A stretch of 62,999 nt of DNA, counting the filler, from Octopus bimaculoides (lineage: Eukaryota), in the NCBI RefSeq assembly GCF_001194135.2. It is 7 parts of 6 records of this genome, joined end to end, with 100 filler letters (N's around TTAATTAATTAA, not from the genome) between each part and the next. Parts side by side here need not be neighbours in the genome. Positions count along the whole stretch, not along the records: positions 34,905 to 41,100 come from NC_068982.1; positions 41,201 to 49,523 come from NC_068981.1; positions 49,624 to 62,999 come from NC_068986.1; 4 more parts are not named here. The stretch is one strand, 5' to 3'. Of the stretch, positions 37,669 to 51,067 are shown one piece after another. The position numbers were made by a program, and so were the translations under genes. The notes under the pieces were generated by a model. It had not been told where the DNA came from and searched no databases. It worked only from the letters and a program-made list of their open reading frames with translations. Each line of letters starts with the position of its first letter. Positions within the stretch are counted from its first letter, which is position 1.

Positions 37669-38599
37669 TGTTCGAGCGAATTAGGTTGTACTTGTAGTGG
37701 TGATGCCTGTGATAGTGGTAGTATTGGGGATGATTTAGCCAATCTTAATGTATATGTGGTTAAGGATGGTGTTTCAGCGTTTCAAAGGCATCTCCCTCAT
37801 AAATTTATATTTACCTTTTTTTTTTTGGGGGGGGGTCGTTATGTTCCTATTTCTTTTCTTTTCATTGGTGACTTTAAAATTGAAGCAGAAACACAGACAG
37901 TGTCACTTAGTCCACAACCAAATGTTCACCCCTCTCTCTGTTTCTCTCTCTTCCTACCAGTAACTTTGCTACTGACTGAAATTCTTTTAGTTGTGTCTTC
38001 AAGCTCTTTCTCTCTCTCACTCTCTCTTTCTAAGTTTTTCTCATACTTTTAAATCAATAAATGTCCAAAATGATTCAGCGTTTCAATTGAAAAACATATA
38101 CGAATGTATTAGAGAGTTTTTCACTGATGTAGTCTGAAGCTAACTACGTGTATGTGAGTTTAGCTTGTGTCATCTTGTTAGGTTACTATAGTTTTTGTGT
38201 CCAATGAATGTGAGAGAAAAAGTTGAAATCCTGATACGGCTATAAAAACTCCTGACCGTAAGTTTGAAGTTTGAATTGAGAATACTAGACTTTTAATTAC
38301 GTCAATGCATAGTTTTTAAAACACTAGCCCTTGGTGGACTATGAATTAGTGATCTTAAGATTTTGAGTACAATTACTGGTTATTTATTCAGAAGTAATTA
38401 GTTATATGAGATATGTAGAATTTACTTGTGAGGCCAATTCAAAACTACCTATTTGTATAAATCAAGTTGTAAATTACACGCAGTTTCCTCATGCAATATG
38501 TGCTGCAATGCTGATTGCTACTTGATATAGGAAAACTAGTTATTAAACTGACATTTCTCATGTAAACTCAGGCGACATCTATTTACATGGCACGTATAT

Positions 38600-39480
38600 A
38601 ATTACGAATCCCTCCCTTGGAAGTATCTAAATACCATTCTGTGTCGGTGCGAACATCTTAGTGTCTTTTAGTGCATTTTAGCAACTGGCGTTTAGCCGTA
38701 GAAATATGGGATATTTTTTCCATGCATAAATCGCATAATTTTACCTAGATTATGCAAGACTCAGCTACGGCTATTATTTCCCATTCAATATTAAAGTTGG
38801 TATTCCTATCACTGAGGGACCGGATAAGTTTGTGCTCTTCATTTTCTCTCTATCCCTATCGCCTTGAAATTTGTCGAGCATGCACCATTATAAGTGTGCG
38901 AATTTCCTCCTGGCGTCACCGTACACCTGAATACAATATTTGCACACATACCTTCACCGTTTAGGGGACAGATTTTACTCTTTACAAAAATATGAGCATT
39001 TTTATTTTTCTTAAATGTGGCTATGTTAGTGAAACCAGAATTAGATACCCTCTCTATTTCTTTCCCATCGGATCTACCACTTTTTGCATTTCGCCTGTCG
39101 TTTCAAATTACCGTGTTATTTGTCTAACGTTTACTATATCAGATTCAGCTTCTTAATGAATTATAACGGTTGTCTCCCTTCTCCGGCTTGCATCGGTTTT
39201 ACTGTTTCTTACCTTGTCATTATCTGTATGCACCATATTTTCACAAAACTATTCAAGATATTGCTAGGTTGACTAACAATTTGGTTGGATGTGTGTTGTT
39301 AGTATCACTAAAAGTTTTGTTATTTTTATTTTCTTTACGTACTTTAATGCCTTATTTCCTCTTTTTTTTTATGAAATATAGACATTCTCCAAATGTCTTA
39401 TATATACTTCGTCGAACGTCTTAGTTGTATACCTCCGATCCTGAAATTCAGAGAATGCAAAGCAGACATCATTTAAATAA
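38600..39480 (-). mobile_element. Penelope-like element fragment (thumb region plus GIY-YIG endonuclease), degraded
   Basis: CPLNGEGMCANIVFRCTV...TYNGACSTNFK...NFNIEWEIIAVA...KLCDLCMEK matches the PLE GIY-YIG pattern CPL.G.C....IVY...YIG....FK.R...I.W.I...C.LC..EK. Confidence 0.65.
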
Positions 39481-41200
39481 ACAGTTACACAAAACCTACA
39501 ATGCGTACAATCGTAAAAATGCCACACCTTTTTGATGTATTCAGTATTGTAATATTTAATTACTCAAGTCTTTAATCTTATATTAATTGTCTTTAGATGA
39601 ATTCTGAACTGAAGAAATCTGAAAGGTTCTGAAAACCATGCATACGTAATTTAAGATTTGAAATTCTTTCAATTGATTCTCTGTTAATTTCTCTCCAGAT
39701 TTTTATTTTATTTAAGATTATAAGCGTTATGATAATGGTTGTAATTATTCTCGTCATTGTTCTTATTTTAGTACTACAATTATCCCTTTATATGAAAGCT
39801 TATCTCCTTTATCAAAATCTCTCGATTTCAGACGATGTCTCTTCAATTTCTTTTCAATTCAATTTATTATAATTGATTATTTTATGTGAATTTATTTATT
39901 CATTTGATTTACATTTGATAAATTGCCTCTTTGCATTTTGTTTGCTTTTCACTTCCACTTTTGTGAAAATTAGCAATTATCATTAAATTGATTTGTTTTA
40001 AAATATATTTCTGTATTACGCATTCTGTTTTATGTTTTATTTTTGTTCCTTCATGCAAATNNNNNNNNNNNNNNNNNNNNNNNNNNNNNNNNNNNNNNNN
40101 NNNNNNNNNNNNNNNNNNNNNNNNNNNNNNNNNNNNNNNNNNNNNNNNNNNNNNNNNNNNNNNNNNNNNNNNNNNNNNNNNNNNNNNNNNNNNNNNNNNN
40201 NNNNNNNNNNNNNNNNNNNNNNNNNNNNNNNNNNNNNNNNNNNNNNNNNNNNNNNNNNNNNNNNNNNNNNNNNNNNNNNNNNNNNNNNNNNNNNNNNNNN
40301 NNNNNNNNNNNNNNNNNNNNNNNNNNNNNNNNNNNNNNNNNNNNNNNNNNNNNNNNNNNNNNNNNNNNNNNNNNNNNNNNNNNNNNNNNNNNNNNNNNNN
40401 NNNNNNNNNNNNNNNNNNNNNNNNNNNNNNNNNNNNNNNNNNNNNNNNNNNNNNNNNNNNNNNNAGATTTATATGTATGTTATTTATTTTACTGGTTTAA
40501 ATATCTTAATGTGACACTTCGAATTGCATTTAGTACTCTTCTCATAGCAACATAGAAGACCTCTAATTACTGACACACATGTATGATGCGTAATTGCTTA
40601 GTCAGTTGTATGACTTAAACAGACCGAAATAATTAAATGTATATTCATTGCTGGTACTCCGTCGGTTACGACGGTGTGTATTCCAACTGATCCGGTCAAC
40701 AGAAAAACTTGCTCGCGAAATTAACGTGCGAGTGGCTGAGCACTTCGCAGACACGTCCCCTTGACGTAGTTTTCAGGAAGATTAAGTGTGACAAAGAATG
40801 TGAAACAGCTGTTCATTTGAATTACAAGTATAACTAATTTTATTCAGCTGACTGCACTGGTGGAGAAACATGTCATGAAGTGCCTTGCTCAAGAACATAA
40901 TACGCCGCTAGGAATCGAACTGACGACCTCGCAATCGTACGACATATACCCTAAACAGTAAGCCACGCAGTCTCCGATACACGCACACAGAGACATGCAC
41001 ACACACAGAGACATACACACACACACACGTGCCTTCACACAGCACTCACACATATGTGTATGCATTTATACATACATACATATATATACATATATATATA
41101 NNNNNNNNNNNNNNNNNNNNNNNNNNNNNNNNNNNNNNNNNNNNTTAATTAATTAANNNNNNNNNNNNNNNNNNNNNNNNNNNNNNNNNNNNNNNNNNNN

Positions 41201-41244
<44 letters not shown>

Positions 41245-43184
41245 TTACAAGCTGAGCAAAAGGTGTACATACGTTGCTATATGTATATATATCTCCAAAA
41301 AATGGAACAAGAACGTAATGGACGACAAATAGCTCAATCGCCAGAGTCAAATAAACATTTTTACGGACAGATGGACGATACAAAGATGGACAGGAAAACC
41401 AGAACGGAACATTCGTGGCTTTCTACTCCTCAATCAAGCTTCCAATCATCATTACAGTTTCGACCTGTTACACTTGAGACTGTTCAAAATTGGTAGACCC
41501 TAAAAATCTAAGATAAGAGCATTAAACTTTTGGAAGAACGCAAGCAAACATGTGTGAAAACTTGGACAAAAAGAAAATGAGAAAACGGAGAAAATGTTGC
41601 TTGATTACAAGTACAAACAACAAGAATAACATATCTAAATATAATACGTGACAATTAGTTGGTTGTGATAACAAAACTCAGAGTTTTGGATACGGGGGAT
41701 GAAGTCTGTTCCAGCATCTCATCTGTTATTAAGACAAACAAAAACGCTATATATATACATATCAGTATATGTACGTATATGTTATATATATATATATATA
41801 TACATATATATTTATGTGTGTGTGTGTGTGTGTGAGAGAGAGTTCGTATTTCTCTTCTCTGTACTTGTGTACACTTAGCTTTTTCTAAACAAAGATTTGG
41901 CAAAACGTCTTTTGTTTTCAATCCACTGAGAATGCTTGTCCAGGCTCCTGACAAGTTGATTGATGATTGTAAACAAAAGGGTCGTCTCTATGGTGTCGTT
42001 TATTTCCAGTTCTTCACGTAAACATGACCGGGCTCTTTAGTGTTTGATTGGCGACGGTGATTGGGAGTTACAAAGAGATTATTATCAATAATTTACTTTG
42101 AAACAAATGAATGAAGAATATTGTCCATCAACACACTCCGTCTGATCCAGACAAGCATGGAAAAGTAGATGACACACACACACGCACGCGCGCGCGCGTG
42201 AGGAACACAGAAAGTAATGCAAAACTTGTGTCGTTTTAACCTCGCCCGGCCTTTTTCATTGCAGACAAATAATAGGTTCTAAGCGGAAGCAGCGTCCTGT
42301 TATTGAGTTTAATGAAGGAACAGCACAGTGTGTTTGCCATTCGCAAAACGGTCACGGGTTATTGACAGCCAGACGCAGGCTCTGCCAATGGAATTGGCTT
42401 CACACCTCTTCTCCAATGCTTAACAAGTTCAAGAGCCAAAGATCGGCACAGAAAGTCGTGGGACATTGCTGTCGTAGTCAAGAGGAGGTCGGTCCCCCCG
42501 GAAGGTGATGTGATTGGTGGAGTGTCAAAGAGTATCAGGACAGTGCAGAATTGACATAAAACCCTGTCATGTTCTTTTAACGTTTACTCATTGCAGTCAT
42601 TGGATTGTGGCCATGCTGGGGCACAGCCTGGAAGAATTTTAAGCCGAATGAATCAACCCTTGCACTCATATTTTTTTAAAGCCTGGTACTTATTCTATCG
42701 GTCTCTTTTGCTGAACCGCTATGTTACCTGAGTGTAAACACACCAGCACCGGTTGTCAAGTGATAGTGGAGGACAGACCACACACACACACACACGATAG
42801 GCTTTTTTTAGTTTCCGTCTACTAAATCCAATAACAAGGCTTTGGTTGGCCCGAGGCTACAGCAAAAGACACTTGCCTAAGTTGCCAATCAGTGGAACTG
42901 AACCCGACATCATGCGGTTGGGATTCAAACTTCTTACCACACAACCATGTTGATTTGTTATTTGGTGTTGCTTCCTTTGCGAAATCCGCACAGGTACGTA
43001 GATTAGTTTCGCTCAGAGAGAGATTGTACGATTATACACTTGTTCTCCAATCGTTGTATCGCTGTCATCGTCGTCGTCGTTAATAATGATAATGACTGAT
43101 GACATAAATTAGAATAAATTAGAATAAAACACGATAAAAAATAAGGAGAATAAAAAATATTTTACTGTTACTTTTATTCTTTTT

Positions 43185-43389
43185 ATTTGTTTCAGTCATT
43201 TGACTGCGGCCACGCTGGAGCACCGCCTCGACGCCAGGATTTATTCTTTGTAAGCCTAGTACTTATTCTATCGGTTTCTTGCTGAACCGCTAGGTTACGG
43301 GGACGTAAACACACCAGCATCAGTTGTCAAGTGATGTTGGGTGAAGGGACAAACACAGACACATAAACATATACACATACATACATACA

Positions 43390-43477
<88 letters not shown>

Positions 43478-43635
43478 GCTTCTTTCAGTTTCCGTCTACC
43501 AAATCTACTCACAAGGCTTTGGTCAGCCCGAGACTATAGTAGAAGACACTTGCCCAAGGTGCCACGCAGTGGGACTGAACCCGGAACCTTGTGGTTGGTA
43601 AGCAAGCTTCTTAGCACACAGCCACTACTGCGCCT
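43185..43635 (-). mobile_element. tRNA-derived SINE family A (representative; other copies at about 7996-8830, 11430-11630, 35238-35405, 42590-42950 and 55690-56095)
   Basis: Minus-strand head GGCGCAGTAGTGGCTGTGTGCTAAG...GGTTCAGTCCC has pol III A/B boxes. Internal microsatellite; multiple similar copies in the window. Confidence 0.85.
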
Positions 43636-44005
43636 GTTTAAAAATTCATTTCCAGAGCATAGTGAGGTGAGATCAACTTGTGATATTAACTGTCATATTA
43701 GAGTCCCATGGAATTTCCTGTCTTGAATTTCAGATTACACTTTAAAAATGTTTATTTGACTCTGGCGATCGAGCTATTTGTTGATCAGTTCAGTGCTCAT
43801 GTAGTGGCAAGCAGATGCAAACATTTTCTCAATCTTCTCATCGTGGACTTTGCAGAATATTGAAGAATATTGATGCCTGCACCAACAGTCGTCTGGTTTT
43901 CCGTTTCTGCTTAGTGGAACAACGCACTTAAAGGGACAAAACCACTTTAGACAGTGTTATTCACTATTTTGACACAATCTCCCTGTTTCAGTCTGTCCGT
44001 TCGTC

Positions 44006-44100
<95 letters not shown>

Positions 44101-44858
44101 GATTGCAAACAAGAAGCATGGAGTGAACAAGTTTTTTTAATACATCAAATTACAGTCGTTTCATTGGAATTCGATCTCGTCAATCTTGCCATATTATGCA
44201 ATAATATATGCAACCATTGAAATGATACATGCCGAATGAAACTCATCAGAATTACGTATCAAATTAATTTGTTGAAAGAACTTCGTATATATACTGAATT
44301 GATGCACTTGTGTCTGGTTACTGGACAACATAAATATATATATATATCTCTTACTAAAACAAATTACCGGTAAGGATTAACTGGTCAAGCAAGAAAAAAG
44401 AATAGCTGGGTTTTCTTATCTAAAAAGCTGATGAAATAAGTATACTTTAAAATCCATAAAACATTATTGAAGAACACAGCTATAAAATCTTTTGCTGATA
44501 TAGAAACTACTAACCAGCGAATAACCTATTATAGTCCCTAAAAACAAAAAAACAAAATTTTTTCCTGTTTCTTATTTTCCTGTTTGAATGGCACTTTGAG
44601 AGTAATCGATAGTAGCATATATTATTGCATAATATGGCAAGATTGATGACATCGAAACGATTGTAAATTAATGTATTAAAAAAGACTTGCTCACGTCATT
44701 CTTCTTGTTTGTAATGATTAATACGCTACAGATATGTGTGGATTTTTAGACAAGTGTTAGATAAAACAGGCACTCTCCAGATTACTGTCTTGTCTGATAG
44801 CCAATATCTCTGGCTGAGCTTAATAGAGTAAACACCAGAGTTAATACATAAATGAAAT

Positions 44859-44908
<50 letters not shown>

Positions 44909-45601
44909 GCGCAGGCGTGTGGTAAGAAATAGGTATCTCAGTCACATGGTTCCGGGTTCAGTTCCGCGTGTGTGTTTGTTGCACCAGCGCAACGAAGTGC
45001 TGAGAAGTATTAAAACTTTAGGTAAGTTCAAATATATATGTGTCACATTTTAACTTCTAAAGAGAGTTTCACTGCAGTTTGTCATGGAAAGAAAAGTCTT
45101 GCTTATAGTAAAAAGGTGCAAAAACAGCCGAGTACCACTCTGGATCGGACTCCTAGAGGTGAATTTTTCTCCACAGTAAACTGCAGTGAAATCGCCTTTA
45201 GAAGTTAAAATANNNNNNNNNNNNNNNNNNNNNNNNNNNNNNNNNNNNNNNNNNNNNNNNNNNNNNNNNNNNNNNNNNNNNNNNNNNNNNNNNNNNNNNN
45301 NNNNNNNNNNNNNNNNNNNNNNNNNNNNNNNNNNNNNNNNNNNNNNNNNNNNNNNNNNNNNNNNNNNNNNNNNNNNNNNNNNNNNNNNNNNNNNNNNNNN
45401 NNNNNNNNNNNNNNNGATACAAATGACAATCCAATAATTCATTTATATTATAATGTAACATAATATACTATGAATATAATAGGATATAACAAACAATTAT
45501 TTAAAAACCAAAAAAGCCAACAATTTGTGAAAGGTGTTTTTTTAGGCGGTGGTGAAGGTGGAGAAGGAAGGATTTATAATTAGGCATGCTGGAAAAAGGA
45601 G

Positions 45602-45648
<47 letters not shown>

Positions 45649-46228
45649 GAGAGAAAGAGAGAGAGATAGAGAGAGAGAGAGGGAGAGAGAGAGAGAGAGT
45701 AAAGTTAAAATGGAGAGAGAAAGTCCAGAAAGTTCAAAAGTCATGGTAGATTAGAGCGATTTACATCAACGAAAAAAGCCAGTGAGATCCGTGGAGATTT
45801 AGTCCGAAAGAGAACGAAGATCGAGTGGTAATCCGGGTTGAGTGCTGGTATGTGGATGAGGAGAGGTACTGGTGCCAGAACAAAAAAGTTCAGTCAGGAT
45901 CACACTGGGGTAACCACGTGAGCGTATATAATATATAGCTGAAATTTGCAGAAAACCAAAACACGAAGACAGGTGTAGGAATATTAAGCAGGTGTAAGTA
46001 GTTTAATGCTCGGGAAAAATGGAAAAGTCTTTTACGTTTCGAACCTACGCTCTTCGACAGAAAGTAATAAGAGAAAATAAACAGAGAGAGAGAATGAAAG
46101 AAATGGAGAGAGAAGAAACTGTGCAGAGTTCGGCGGTCCAACATGGCGAGACGAGTGGAAAAAAAAGAAGAGGTTGAGTATGGACATGTCGGTCTGTCTG
46201 TATGTCCGTACGTATATATGTAGGTATG

Positions 46229-46283
<55 letters not shown>

Positions 46284-48957
46284 GTCTGTCTGTCTGTTTG
46301 CCTGGCTGCCTGTCTGTCTGTCTGTCTATCTGTCTGTCTACCACTCTATATATCTACTTACAAGCATACATCTCCCAGACACACACACACACACACACAC
46401 ACACAGAGACACAGACACACACACAGACACACATACACACGCACACACACACGCATGCACACACAGAGCTATATATGTAAATTGGTATGAAATTTGTTCA
46501 AAATATTCCGTTTCTGGAAATCTCCATTTTCACTTCTTCGACGTCATTAATAACGAAACGTTCAATTTCAATTATTCAATTAACAACAACGACAACAACA
46601 ACAACAACAACAACAACCACAGCAGCAACAAAAAGAATTCTTTAAAAACACGTGAAACACATTAAAAGATTTTTTTTTTCCAACTGAAAGGTAAGAAAGA
46701 TGAATTAAATGCCATAAATGATGTCATCAACGAACAAATGAATTAAAAAAAACTATCAGCTACGTCTCTCAAATGAAAGAAATATATTGATTTTTATGAA
46801 GTTGTGAGGCTACTTTTTTTTCACCAGCCAGCATCATCTGGTGTGCGTTATGTTGTTGATTTGATCTTCAGATAAGATAGAAGGGAATGGGGTGGGGTGG
46901 GGGGCATAGTTGTGTGTTCTACGATGGAACATGTAGAATTTGGAATATCATTTCAGAACTCATATTGATTTCTCAGTATTGGTAGAAGGCGACCGGTTTT
47001 AAGGCGAACGGTGGACAGTCAACGGAACTGATTCCCGATTCCGTTGATCGTGATTTCATCGGTTATAGTTATTTTCTATTGATCTTACCAAGATACAAGG
47101 ACATAAATTTATAGGAAAAGGGTGGACTGTTAGACTAAATCAAGCCCCCAACTCCAGTATGTCACTGGTATTTGTTTCATCAATCCACGAACGTTGAAAG
47201 CAAAGCCAACTTTGCTTTTTATCGGAATATAACTAGGGCATCAGAGGTCATAACTCAAGATGACATCATACTTTATTCGTCATTCTTTAGTTACTAAATC
47301 TTTATTCAAGGCACCAACGTGTGTAGTAATCTCATTAATGCTGAAAAAACATTCAGGCAGGCCATCGGTACCCAGACCCCTTTTATACTTGATTACTGTT
47401 GTTAAAATGCTGAGAATATGCCAAAAAGTCTATGTAAATTATTTAAAAGTCCAGATATACAAATATCCTAGCACAGGAAACTACGTATTTCGATGCAGGA
47501 GGAAACTAGTGCGTCTGCTTTTAAGTTGCTTTCCGTGTTAATCTCACTCAAGATGCTAATTTCGTTAAAGATGTTAATCTCACTCATAATGTTAATCTCA
47601 CTCAAGATGTTAATTCTTTTCTGCTCTAGGCTCAAAATTTTGGAGGAGGGGCCAGTCAATTACATCGACCCCAGTACGCAACTGGTACTTAATTTATCGA
47701 CCCCAAAAGGATGAAAGGCAAAGTCGACCTCGGCGGAATTTGAACTCAGAATGTAATGGCAGATGAAATACCGCTAAGCATTTCGCCCGGCGTGCTAACG
47801 CTTCTGCCAACTCGCCGCCTTAATAATAATAATAATATTCTTTTCTACTCTAGGCACAAGGCCCGAAATTTGTGGAGAGGTGGGGGGGGGCAGTCGATTA
47901 GACCGACGACAGTAGGAAGGGATGGAAGGCAAAGTCGACCTCGGCAGAATTTGAACTCAGAACGTAAAGGCACCGCTAAGCATTTCACCCGGCGTGCTAA
48001 CGTTTCTGCCAACTTTCCACCTTACTCAAGATGTTAGTCTCACTCATAATGTTTATCTCACTCAAAATACTGTCTTCATCTGTTCTTATCCTCCGTTCCA
48101 ATTATTACAATATTATTTCAAATTCTGTTAATTGTTTTTCATTAATTTCTGCAATATCAGATCCTTCTTCTCTTTTAATTGTTCTTTAACTCTAGGTTAG
48201 TCCTCATCAGGCAGACCTATCATTAAAGCCAGTCCAGCCTTGATCCTCCGGTCTCTTCGTATATCTGAGACAACATTGTCCAATGTATCCTTCCTTTGTA
48301 TGAAAAAGTAGGTGAAATGATTTGAGGGAGGTTTGACTGGCTGTTATTTCTAGTAAATCAAGCGGTATCTGTTAGTTCCCTCTCCACTTTTTAGTCTAAT
48401 TAAACGGTCAAAATCCGCAGTATTTCCATGTCTTTAGATTCCATTATACTTGAGACTTTGGTATTCATACTAATTCTCTGAACATTCTCATTTATACTTT
48501 CTCCACGTAATTCCCAAAAGCTGATTCCTCCGAAATTACCATAATTTCTTCCTCAAATACTTCACTACATTCCCTTACCAAATGTGTTTCTCTTTCGCCA
48601 TTTCTGCTACAGTTCTAAAGAGTAGAGATTCAGTTGAGATGGAATTGAAATTCTATATACAATTGGATAGCGTTTATGCTCAGAGCCTGTTTCTCTGCTA
48701 AATACTTCCATGTCTCAGGTCAAAGCATTTTTCTTTTTTGAATTTGAATCCTTTCGCCCTCTGACAAGTTTTTTTTTCAGTCCTGCAGAGGAAATGGAAA
48801 CACCCGCTTCCTCATTGAGTATGTCCCGATGGCGGGGCTGAGTTGCCGGGTTTTGTCAAGGACGACCCAACTGTTCAAGGAAGGGTCTGTCTTCATAGAC
48901 TTTGGATTTACTTCCACGTCGTGACAACATTCCATGTCAAAATGTCTACGAAAGACG

Positions 48958-48958
<1 letters not shown>

Positions 48959-49034
<76 letters not shown>

Positions 49035-49269
49035 ACATACTACTACACACACACACACACACCACATACTACACACACACACGCACACACACCACACCAC
49101 ATACACACACCACTCACACCACATATCACACACACCACACACACACACAGACACACACAGCACATACTACACACATACATACCGTACACACGACATCACA
49201 CACCACACACAAACACACACGCACACATACACCAGATACTACAGACATAGACATACACACCACACTACA

Positions 49270-49311
<42 letters not shown>

Positions 49312-49345
49312 ACCACACCACACACACGCACACACACCACATACC
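48959..49345. repeat. Long pure and degenerate (CA)n tract
   Basis: Directly visible. Confidence 0.95.
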
Positions 49346-50666
49346 ATACCCCCCACCGCAGAACATGATAATAAAACAACAGCACGTAAAACACTAAAAC
49401 AAAGCATGCAAAAAAAACAACAAAACTTAAAGAAATTGTGTGAAGCAATGAACGGCGACTGGAACGAGAATAAGAATTATTTAACGATTATTTAACAGAA
49501 TAAGAATAACAGAATGAGTGAATNNNNNNNNNNNNNNNNNNNNNNNNNNNNNNNNNNNNNNNNNNNNTTAATTAATTAANNNNNNNNNNNNNNNNNNNNN
49601 NNNNNNNNNNNNNNNNNNNNNNNTGGTGATGGTGGTGGTGGTGGTGGTGGTGTGATACTGAAGACGTTAGAAGGAAATTACTTAAAAACCTTGGAAATAT
49701 GTTTCGATGCAGATATAAAAATATGACAACCTGTGACCAATGATAGAGGGCGGATGAGAAAATGGGTGGATTAACACAGATAGAGATCAAATTTTATGGG
49801 TGGAATATATGCGTGTATGTGTCTGTGTGTGTGAATGAGAAAAATGTGTGTATGTATGTGAGTGCGTGTATTTATGGGAGTATACGTTGTTTTTTTACTC
49901 GACTAATAAACCGGAAACTTTTTTTCTGGAAGCCATTTTGCGTATATTTGGCTTTTAAAAGAAGCGTAATTAGCAGGGTTTAAAACCAGGAAAGGTGGAA
50001 CTATCAAAAGCTTCATTATGATGAAGAGCAGCACAAATGAACTCAACTTCCCTTGAAAATAATGAGAAGACACGGTTCTCAATGTTAGGGAGTAAGATTA
50101 GGACAACGAACTGACAGAATCGTCAGCACGCCGGGAAAAATGCTTAACAGTGTTACGTCCGTCATTATGATCTTAGCTGAAATTCTGCCGAGATTGACTT
50201 TACCTTTCGTCCTTTCGGAGTCGATAAAATAAAGACCAGTTGAGTACTGGAGTTGATGTAATAGACTTCTCCCTTTCCTCGAAATTGGCCTCGTGCCAAA
50301 ATTTGAAATCAATATTAGGGACTAAAATTCTGAGAATCATTAATGGGTTTCGACTTCTTATTCATTATGAAGTTTTTATTTTGTAACGGTTGAGTATATC
50401 TATATATAAATTTAAGGTTATGTCCAGATAGTTAATTATGCTAATGTTAAGTGTAATTCTTAAATCTATTTTCACTAAATAAATTTATGAGGTCTTTTTC
50501 AAATGTATCTAGCTCATGACCGCTCATATTATGCGAGATTATATGGTCAACGGTTCTGTAAAGATGCCCCTCGCAAGGTAGGATATCTTTCATGCAAAAG
50601 ATAAAGGAAAATATAAATTCCAATAATTTGACATAATAAAGCCACGTTGAGAGATATTATATAAAC

Positions 50667-51067
50667 CGGTGGTTCCTAACCTTTTAACTACCAAAGACCC
50701 CTTTTATTTAAATGACTTTTTCCATGGGCTCCAGGATATTCTTTTCTACTCTACGCACAAGGCCCCAAATGTTTTTTTTTGGGGGGGGGAGGGGGGTCCA
50801 GTCGATTAGATCGACCCCAGTACGCAACTGGTACTTAATTTATCTACCCCAAAAAGATGAAAGGCAAAGTCGACCTCGGTGGAACTTGAACTCAGAACGT
50901 AAAGACAGACGAAATACCACTAAGCATTTCGTCCGGCGTGCTAACGTTTCTGCCAGCTCGCTGCCGTCAGGATATTGAAAGGTCTATCAGCTTAACATGT
51001 TCACAGACCCCCAGAACTACCGCTGTGGACCACCAGGGATCCACGGACCACAGGTTGGGAACCACTG
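50667..51067. mobile_element. hAT-type MITE carrying a nested SINE
   Basis: TIRs CGGTGGTTCCTAACC / GGTTGGGAACCACTG. 8-bp TSD ATATAAAC / ATGTAAAC (one mismatch). SINE at about 50735-50965 inside. Confidence 0.8.

Noticed and set aside
48777-49495. His/Thr-rich and Cys/Val-rich ORFs; similar YLSI, poly-I, poly-L and poly-N ORFs elsewhere
   Set aside because: They are translations of (CA)n, (GATA)n and (TAA)n microsatellites.
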